A DNA stretch of 64,000 nucleotides, from positions 5,699 to 69,698 of the forward strand of contig DUAN01000191.1 of the NCBI GenBank assembly GCA_012960845.1. The letters are read 5' to 3'. Shown in pieces: positions 18,884 through 26,700 of the stretch. Below the pieces are notes generated by a model. It saw nothing but the letters and a program-made list of their open reading frames with translations, was not told the origin of the DNA and ran no database searches. Made by a program: the position numbers and the translations under genes. Origin of the DNA: Planctomycetota bacterium. Lineage in GTDB: Bacteria; Planctomycetota; UBA8108; UBA1146. Position 1 is the stretch's first letter. Every line of letters starts with the position of its first letter.

Positions 18884-20379
18884 GCCGCCTCTTCCCCCCC
18901 CACCGCGCAGACCATCAAGGAATGCTCATCCCACTTCTCGACCTCACGAGGTTCTCCCAGAACCCCGCGGTGCATCACCTGAATCCGATCGCAAATGCCC
19001 AGTAACTCCTGCATCGATGAGGAAACCACCAGCACCGCTTTTCCTGCAGCGGACATCTCACTGATCCAGCGGAATACTTCCGTCTTCGATCCAACATCGA
19101 TGCCACGGGTCGGTTCATCGAGTAGCACCGCATCGACATCGAGGTGCATCAGACGCGCCAGCACCACCTTCTGCTGGTTTCCGCCGCTGAGTGTCCGTAC
19201 TGGCTGATCGGGACCCCGGGTTCGAATCGAGAACCGATCGATCCACCACTCGACCTGGCTCCGTTCCTTCTTCAATCCAAGGAGTGAGAAGAAGGGGCGT
19301 GCCGAGGAGGAGCCGAGGGTCAGATTGGTCGCCAGGGACAGATCGGTGGCCAGTCCTTCCTCCTTGCGATCTTCACTGGCAAGACCAATCCCTGACTCGA
19401 TGCTACGGGTCGGATCCAGACGATGCGATCGCCCCGCAACCTGCACCGAGCCCGAATCGATGGGGTCGAGGCCATAGATTCCACGGAGCAGTTCCGATCG
19501 GCCAGAACCGATCAAGCCGGCGATGCCCAGCACCTCGCCGCGGTGCAAGGTGAGGTTTGCATGCTGGAGACCGGTTCGTGTCTTCAGATCGCTCACCTCG
19601 ATCAAGGCGTCGCCTCGCTGGTGGGGAATCCGAGGGTACATCTCGTCGAGCTGACGACCGATCATGTGGCTGACCAGCTGCTCGGTAGTGGTGCTGGATA
19701 TCCATCCTTCCCCCACCACTTCACCGTCGCGCAATACGGTCCAGCGATCGGCGATACGCTGCACTTCCTCGAGGAAGTGAGAGATGTAGACCACTGCCCG
19801 ACCATCATCTCGCAAGCGACCGATCACCTCGAACAGATGCTCAATATCCTGGGCCCCGAGGCTGCTGGTCGGCTCGTCGAAAACGATGACCGGAGCGTCG
19901 TGAACCAGCGCCCGGGCGATTTCAACCAGTTGACGCGCCGCGACGGAGAGTTGTGAGACGGGAGTCGAGGGTTGGATTTCACTGCGGCCCAGCAGGGTCA
20001 GCGATGAAAGGACACGATCTCTCATGCGAGAAGGAAGATACAATCCAGCGCTGCTCGGCTCCGCTCCCAGTAGCAGGTTCTCCTCGACAGTGAGATCCTC
20101 CACCACCGCAAGTTCCTGGTGGACCATCGCGATTCCACCATCTCTGGCCTGCTGCGGATTGGCCGGCGAGAAGAGTTCTCCCGAGATCCGGATGGTGCCC
20201 GAGTCGGGAGTCTCCACACCGCTGAGGATCCGCATCAGAGTCGACTTGCCCGCACCATTTTCACCGATCAGAGCGCGCACCTCGCCCGCCTCGACGCGAA
20301 GGTGGGCACCCGAGAGAGCCACTGTCGCGCCGAAGGCCTTATCGACCGCCGTCATCTCCAGTAGTGGAGGTTGCGTCAC
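18880..20379 (-). CDS. Sugar ABC transporter ATP-binding protein with two ABC domains (RbsA/MglA type)
   Basis: Walker A GENGAGKST. Signature LSGGNQQK / LSAARQLVEIARAL. Two nucleotide-binding domains in 499 aa. Confidence 0.9.
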   Translation of the reverse strand: MTQPPLLEMTAVDKAFGATVALSGAHLRVEAGEVRALIGENGAGKSTLMRILSGVETPDSGTIRISGELFSPANPQQARDGGIAMVHQELAVVEDLTVEENLLLGAEPSSAGLYLPSRMRDRVLSSLTLLGRSEIQPSTPVSQLSVAARQLVEIARALVHDAPVIVFDEPTSSLGAQDIEHLFEVIGRLRDDGRAVVYISHFLEEVQRIADRWTVLRDGEVVGEGWISSTTTEQLVSHMIGRQLDEMYPRIPHQRGDALIEVSDLKTRTGLQHANLTLHRGEVLGIAGLIGSGRSELLRGIYGLDPIDSGSVQVAGRSHRLDPTRSIESGIGLASEDRKEEGLATDLSLATNLTLGSSSARPFFSLLGLKKERSQVEWWIDRFSIRTRGPDQPVRTLSGGNQQKVVLARLMHLDVDAVLLDEPTRGIDVGSKTEVFRWISEMSAAGKAVLVVSSSMQELLGICDRIQVMHRGVLGEPREVEKWDEHSLMVCAVGGEEAA

Positions 20380-21371
20380 TCGCCGAGATACTTCTTCAGG
20401 GGAGGAGTGAGCAGATCGACGATCTGTGGTTCATCGATATTTTCACCGGTGACCAGTTTGGCACCGGTATCGACCAGCGTCTCGACCTTTTCACCGCGTA
20501 GAACCGCCAATGCAGTCTTGACTCCCAGTTCCCCCATCGCGACCGGATCTTGTACCACCAATCCATGGATCTCGCCGGCGCGCATTCCTTCGACGAGGCC
20601 GTCACTGGCATCGAACCCGACCAGGAACACCTTTCCCGCCATTGCCCTGGCCCGCAAAGCGAGCAACATTCCAAAGGTAGCAGATTCGTTGGAGCAGAAG
20701 ATCCCTGCATAGTCGCTATCGGCCTCGAGCAAGTTCTCTGCGGCCTGGCGAGCACTCTCCCTGGTCGACCCGGCGTAGCGCCCAGGATCGACCACTTCAA
20801 TCGCTTCGAAACTCTCGAGGACCTCGACAAATCCCTGTTCGCGCTGGGTGGTACTGCCCGAGCCTTGCTGATATCTCAGCACCAGTACTCGCCCCTTCCC
20901 CCCGGTCAACTCGGCGATGCGCCGACCGGCGATCCTGCCACCCTCAACATTGTCGGTTGCGATGTAGGAAGCGTAGTCGGTACCGGCCACTCCCTGGACC
21001 CCGCTGTCGATGACGATGACAGGGGTTCCCCCCTGATTCGCGATAGAGATGGGAGAAGCGAGGGCTCGATCATCGGCGGGAGCGATGACGATGGCACTGA
21101 TCCCCGAAGCGACGAAATTCTGCACCAGATCGACCTGCTGGCTCTTGTCATTTTCCCGTTCTGGACCGCGCCATACCAACTCGAAGCCGCCCACCTCCTG
21201 GCGCGCCTTTTCGGCTCCCGCATGGATCGATTTCCAGAACTCGTGGCTGGTTCCCTTGGGGATCACTGCGATCTTGGGGGTCGCACTGGTCACTCCCGAG
21301 GTGCAGCCGATCCCCAGAAGGAGCAGCAAGATCCACGAATATCTGCATGAAAGTTGTCGAACACTCATCAT
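20376..21371 (-). CDS. Periplasmic sugar-binding protein (Peripla_BP_4, CUT2 ABC)
   Basis: MMSVRQLSCRYSWILLLLLGIGCTSG signal/lipobox, then KIAVIPKGTSHEFWKSIHAGAEKA.... The track ORF to 22502 is an antisense artefact across the SDR gene. Confidence 0.85.
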   Translation of the reverse strand: MMSVRQLSCRYSWILLLLLGIGCTSGVTSATPKIAVIPKGTSHEFWKSIHAGAEKARQEVGGFELVWRGPERENDKSQQVDLVQNFVASGISAIVIAPADDRALASPISIANQGGTPVIVIDSGVQGVAGTDYASYIATDNVEGGRIAGRRIAELTGGKGRVLVLRYQQGSGSTTQREQGFVEVLESFEAIEVVDPGRYAGSTRESARQAAENLLEADSDYAGIFCSNESATFGMLLALRARAMAGKVFLVGFDASDGLVEGMRAGEIHGLVVQDPVAMGELGVKTALAVLRGEKVETLVDTGAKLVTGENIDEPQIVDLLTPPLKKYLGE

Positions 21372-21509
21372 CGGCTCCTCACTGAAAGACCACCTGTCCC
21401 CCGAGTATCCTGACCCAGGACGGCTCCCGGTCAAGGTGGGCCCGCTCCCCGAGGGGGAAGATGCGTGATATCCTCCTCGCTTCGAAGAATCGTGGAGAAG
21501 GGAGACAAG

Positions 21510-22289
21510 ATGGCACTCGAGGGTCGCCTGACCGACAAGATTGCGGTCATCACAGGAGCGGGATCTGGCATCGGACTCGCCATCGCGGGCCGATTTGCCG
21601 AACAGGGTGCTCGGATCGCCCTGCTCGACATCGATGCCGAGAGCCTGGAAGCCGCACGGCAGCACTTCTCCAGTGGCGGGATCATCGTCGAGACGATGGT
21701 CTGTGATGTGGCGCAGAAGAGCTCGGTGGCTGAGGCATTTCGAAGGGTCGATGACACCCTCGGCAGCCCGCAGATTCTCGTCAACAATGCCGGCATTGCC
21801 CATGTTGGAAATGTCCTCAACACCGAAGAGGAAGATTTGGATCGGCTCTATGCGGTCAACATCAAAGGGGTCGCATTCTGTGCTCGAGAAGCGGTTTCCC
21901 GCATGCTCGAGAGATCGGGGGGAGTGATTCTCAATCTCGCCTCCATCGCCAGTCATATCGGGCTGGAGGATCGTTTCGCTTACTCGATGACCAAGGGGGC
22001 GGTATTCACCATGACTCGCTCCATCGCGACCGACTACATGAAGCAAGGGATTCGCTGCAATTGCGTGGCACCCGCACGGGTGCACACTCCCTTTGTCGAC
22101 GGATTCATCCGGGCCAACTATCCCGGCAAGGAAAAAGAAAAGTTCGAGGAGTTGTCCCAGTACCAACCGATGGGCCGAATGGCCCGACCAGAGGAGGTCG
22201 CGGATCTTGCGCTCTTTCTCTGCAGTGATGAATCCGCCTTCATCACGGGGCATTCGTTTCCCGTCGATGGCGGCGTGATGGTGATCTAG
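21510..22289 (+). CDS. SDR family oxidoreductase (candidate 2-keto-3-deoxy-sugar-acid dehydrogenase)
   Basis: TGAGSGIGLAIA Rossmann motif, NNAG, catalytic YSMTKGAV. The start is probably at MALEGRLTDKIAVITGAG (21510) rather than at 21465. Confidence 0.85.
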   Translation: MALEGRLTDKIAVITGAGSGIGLAIAGRFAEQGARIALLDIDAESLEAARQHFSSGGIIVETMVCDVAQKSSVAEAFRRVDDTLGSPQILVNNAGIAHVGNVLNTEEEDLDRLYAVNIKGVAFCAREAVSRMLERSGGVILNLASIASHIGLEDRFAYSMTKGAVFTMTRSIATDYMKQGIRCNCVAPARVHTPFVDGFIRANYPGKEKEKFEELSQYQPMGRMARPEEVADLALFLCSDESAFITGHSFPVDGGVMVI

Positions 22290-22294
22290 GAGGA

Positions 22295-23155
22295 TTGATG
22301 AAACTGTTTCGATTTGGAAAACCTGGCCATGAAACTGCTGGAGCAGTGCTCCCGGATGGCACTCGGGTCGACTGCTCCGCCTTTGGCGAGGACTGGAATG
22401 AACAGTTCTTCGGCTCGGGTGGATTGTCACGACTTGCCTCCTGGATCGAACGAGATGGCCCCACTGCTCCCCGAGTGGCGGATGATGTTCGGCTGGGCGC
22501 ACCCATCTGCCGCCCCAGCAAGATCGTTTGTATCGGCCTCAACTACCGCGATCACGCCGCAGAGACGGGAGCAGAACTGCCGGCAGAACCGGTGATCTTC
22601 TTCAAGTCCACCACTGCCATCGTCGGACCCAATGACGATGTCATTCTCCCTCCCGAGAGCAAGAAATCGGACTGGGAAGTCGAGTTGGCCGTGGTGGTAG
22701 GTGCCACCCTCAGCCACGCAGACCGCCAGACTGCGGCCAACAGCATCGCCGGATACTGCCTTCACAATGATCTCTCGGAGCGGGAGTTCCAGCTGGAGAG
22801 GTGTGGTCAGTGGGTCAAGGGCAAGTCGTGCAACACCTTCGCACCTCTCGGCCCCGAACTGGTCACTCCAGATGAACTGCCCGACCCGCTACACCTCGAC
22901 ATGGGACTGAAGGTCAATGGCGAGCCATTACAAAAATCCAACACCCGAGAACTCCACTTCGATGTCGCGGCGATCCTCTCGAGCGTCAGTCAGTACATGA
23001 CCCTGCTCCCCGGTGATGTGATCTCTACCGGTACACCTGCAGGGGTGGGACTGGGTCTCGACCCTCCTCGATTTCTCAAGGCCGGAGATGTGATGGAGCT
23101 CTTCATCGAAGGACTCGGATCCCAACGACAAGAAGTGTGCGCGTTCGACCAGTGA
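22295..23155 (+). CDS. Fumarylacetoacetate hydrolase (FAH) family protein (candidate 2,4-diketo-3-deoxy-sugar-acid hydrolase)
   Basis: ICIGLNYRDHAAETGAELPAEPVIFFKSTTAIVGPNDDVILPPESKKSDWEVELAVVVG. This is an FAH fold signature. Confidence 0.85.
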   Translation: MMKLFRFGKPGHETAGAVLPDGTRVDCSAFGEDWNEQFFGSGGLSRLASWIERDGPTAPRVADDVRLGAPICRPSKIVCIGLNYRDHAAETGAELPAEPVIFFKSTTAIVGPNDDVILPPESKKSDWEVELAVVVGATLSHADRQTAANSIAGYCLHNDLSEREFQLERCGQWVKGKSCNTFAPLGPELVTPDELPDPLHLDMGLKVNGEPLQKSNTRELHFDVAAILSSVSQYMTLLPGDVISTGTPAGVGLGLDPPRFLKAGDVMELFIEGLGSQRQEVCAFDQ

Positions 23156-23375
23156 TGGGTGGATCTCACTCAAGAGATGTTCGACGCCAAGGTCGACATC
23201 GCATCGGTCGGTATCGGGGGTGGCATGAATACCATCCAACCGCAAATTGAATTTCGGCACGAGTTACGACTCGAGTTCCAGCGAGATGTCGGGAAGACAA
23301 CGGGAACAGCGATCGACGAGGAGCTCATGAACCGAGCGATCATCGCTTCCGGGTGACCCGCCACAGCCCTGCACT

Positions 23376-23705
23376 TCAATCCTGATGAAAAACCTCTTCG
23401 AGGGTCAACCACCACTCCCCTGCGGGTCGATCTTCCCGCGGAAGTTGCAACGGCTCGATGGTATCCCACCACTCTCGCATCCGTGGTGAAGCGGCCAGTT
23501 GCTCCATCCGCTGCGAATACTCCTCATCGGGGCCGTGATACTCGAAGTAGCCGAACAACTGATTTCCGTCGAGATAGATCGAGTAATTGCAGATTCCCGC
23601 CTCACGAATCGCTGATTCGATCTCGGGCCAGATCTTCTGGTGAAAGCTACGGTATCTCTCGACCCCAGATGGATCGATGCCGATCACCTGACCAAAGCGT
23701 CGCAT
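23376..23705 (-). CDS. rhaM: L-rhamnose mutarotase
   Basis: A 109-aa protein: YRSFHQKIWPEIESAIREAGICNYSIYLDGNQLFGYFEYHG...MREWWDTIEPL...EVFHQ. Matches the rhamnose mutarotase family pattern Y..H..IWPE.E......G..NY.IyLd...LF...E......M..WW. Confidence 0.75.
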   Translation of the reverse strand: MRRFGQVIGIDPSGVERYRSFHQKIWPEIESAIREAGICNYSIYLDGNQLFGYFEYHGPDEEYSQRMEQLAASPRMREWWDTIEPLQLPREDRPAGEWWLTLEEVFHQD

Positions 23706-23714
23706 CGGCCCCCA

Positions 23715-26700
23715 TCAATTACAGGAGTTGTACTGAGCACAATCCAGTGCAGTTCCTGCCGGATCGGGTCCACACGACCCGCCGAAGGGCGCCGGTGGTG
23801 GAGGACCTCCCGAGAAGAGATACGAGAGCAGGTATACCCCATCGGCGATGTTGGAAAGTTCATCATCGTTGGTATCTGCGGCATCCATGCAGTTGATCAC
23901 TCCACCGAGGAACAGCGCATCGAGAACCGTGATCGCATCGGCAAGATTGATCAGCGAATCGTCGTTGACATCGGATCTCACGAACCCACCACCCACCGCT
24001 GGAGTGAGAGTGATCGTTCCAGCGACCCCGACGGCACCGAGGGCGCCGGAGTTCACCACCACCACCACCTGGACCGGAGGAGTGCCTAGGTTGCCCGAGA
24101 TCGACAAGGTGGTCAGCACATCACTCGACGATCCAGCGAGTGCGCCAGGAACCGTATCGTAGCTGGCGATCGCCAGGTCGATGGGCGTGGCGAACTGGAT
24201 GGTGCCGGTTCCCAGGAAACTGTAGACGCAGCCCATGGTGAAGCCATCGGTGAACAGATTCACATCGATGAAGTCTGGTCCGGTGGAGCCATTGAGAGCG
24301 TCGATCACTGGCCCACCGGCAGCAGCGTTCACCGTCAAGAGCGCAGGATCATGCTCCACTCCAAAGGAGAATCCCTGGGTATCGTTGGGATATCCGCCAT
24401 TGCCGGGATCTTCTTCCAGGGTCAAGGAAGCATCAAAACTAGCCACTCCAGTCGACTCCGAGAAACCCACCGTCTGATCAACGGCGGAGAGGATGAAGCC
24501 AGAAGGTGTCAGAGTCACGATCGCTCCGGTCGGAACCACTCCCACGGCAATCCCCGAATCGGTCGAGATCACCGCCTGCACCGGAGGCACCCCCAGAGAG
24601 TCGGTGAAATCGAGCGCGGAAATCACGGTGCCGGTAGTGGTGTTGAAGACTCCGGGTAGGGAGTCGTAGCTGACCGACGCCAGATCGGTATCGGAGATCA
24701 TCTGGATCGTCTCTGCAAAGGTGAAACTGTAAACACAGCCCACCGTGATGCCATTGGCATAGATGGCAGAGTCGAAGAATTGCGGACCGGCTCCGCCATC
24801 GAGTTGGGCCACCGATCCCGCCGGCGCCGCATCGATTGCGGCGAACAGATCAGGATTGTGTGCCAGGCCAAAAGAGAATCCTGCGGTGTTGGTCGGGTAT
24901 CCCGGGTGATCGGTGAACTCCCGGCCAGTGATGGTGGTCTCGAACTGGACTCCCGCTGCGCTGTAACCAGCAGTGACATTCTGCGACACCAGGCTGAAGC
25001 CGGCGGTCTGGGTGACCGTGACCGAACAGATCACCTCGGGGGCTTGCTGACTGCCTCCGCAGATTCCGGTCACACCGTAAACGTGATCACCAAGAGATGG
25101 TGATCCATCGGAGAATCCGGTAGCCGTACCCGACAAGGTCTGGATCAACAGACCATCTCGACGCACCGCAATCTCGCTATAAGTTTCACCGTTGAGCCAT
25201 GAGAGGTTCACAGTGGAGCCGATTCCCTGACTACACGACAGTGAGATCACTGCACTGCAAACACAGTCCGGATCGCCGATACAATCGGGATCCTCGCAGT
25301 CGGTCAGTCCATCCAGATCGTCATCGATCCCATTGGAGCAATTCTCGGGCGGTGGAGGAGGCGTGGCGGAGCCAATCTCCAGTGTCCCCGTTCCATTCGC
25401 TGTTACATTCCAACCACCCACTCGGATGCGATAGAGCACTCCGCTGGTCATCGGCATCTGAACCAGGCTACTGAATCCTCCACAACCGGGGCCGTCCCCG
25501 TTACAGCCGACCTGGGTCAGCGCTCCGCAATCACCCTGATAGATGACGATGTCAGAATCGAAGTTGATGGTGTCACAGGTGGAAATGGTGTAATCGCCAC
25601 TCAGGTCCGGAGTGAAGTCATACCAGATGTCACTGGTCATCTCACCGAGGAAGGTGCCGGGACAGCTGTTGGAATCGAAAGGATCGGCACTCTGGGTCGC
25701 GGTGGTAGTGTCGACCGGGTTCGACCCGAAGACAGCCACCGCTGCCGAGACACATTCATCTCCAGCAGCCACCGGCACGCAAGCGGGGTCCGTGAAACAA
25801 CCGGGATCCTCACAGTCGATCAGACCATCTCCATCATCATCGACACCATTACTGCAGTTCTCGACCGGTCCCGACGGGGTGAGGTCCAGCAGCAATGCGC
25901 CTGGGCCCGGATCTCCATTGCCTGGATGCGGTGTTCCCCAGGCTCCGACGCGGAACCAGTAGGTCTCCCCTGCAGTGACGCTGGCGGTCAATTCTGACCA
26001 GTACTGCTGACACACTGTCGAAGGTGCCTGACTCACATCCCCGTTACAGGCGAGCAGGATCAATGAGTTACAGGACCCCGTGTACATCACCAGGTCGGAG
26101 TCAAAACTGCCCGGCTGGCAAGTGGAGACAAACAGGCTTCCTGACTGGTCCGGAGTGTAGGTGAACCAGATATCTCCGATCATCGACCCGAGGCCATCAC
26201 CGCACAAAGCCGGAGTGGGAATCGGATCGGTTCCTGTGGTCGCAGCGGTGCTGTCGAACGGATTCTCACCCAACACCGCCGCTTCAGCAGAGACGCACTC
26301 GTCCCCCGGAGGAGGAGGAACACAGGCGGGTGCAGCGGCGCAATCCAGATCCTCGCAGTCGATCAACCCGTCGCCATCGTCATCGACGCCGTTGGTGCAG
26401 TTCTCCACCGCTCCTCCGCCACCGCCGACAAAACCGACATCCAGTTGCCCGGTGCCGGTCGTTCCGTCACTCCAGGAAGCGACCCGAATTTGATAACTCA
26501 ATCCGCCACTGACCGGAATGTTTTCGATGAGCGAAGTGAAGGTGGAACAACCGCCGGTATCACCATTGCAGGCGATCTGGGTCAAGGATCCACAATCACC
26601 GCTGTAAACCAGCACATCGGTATCCCAGGTGGCGATGTCGCAGGTACTGACCGAAAGCAATCCATCTTCCGGAGGAACAAAGGAGTACCAGATATCGTTC

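Noticed and set aside
20376-22502. 708-aa minus-strand ORF.
   Set aside because: Only the C-terminal 331 aa (20376..21371) form the sugar-binding protein, with its own signal peptide/lipobox. The N-terminal ~375 aa are an antisense read-through across the plus-strand SDR and FAH region, with low-complexity Arg/Pro/His-rich composition.
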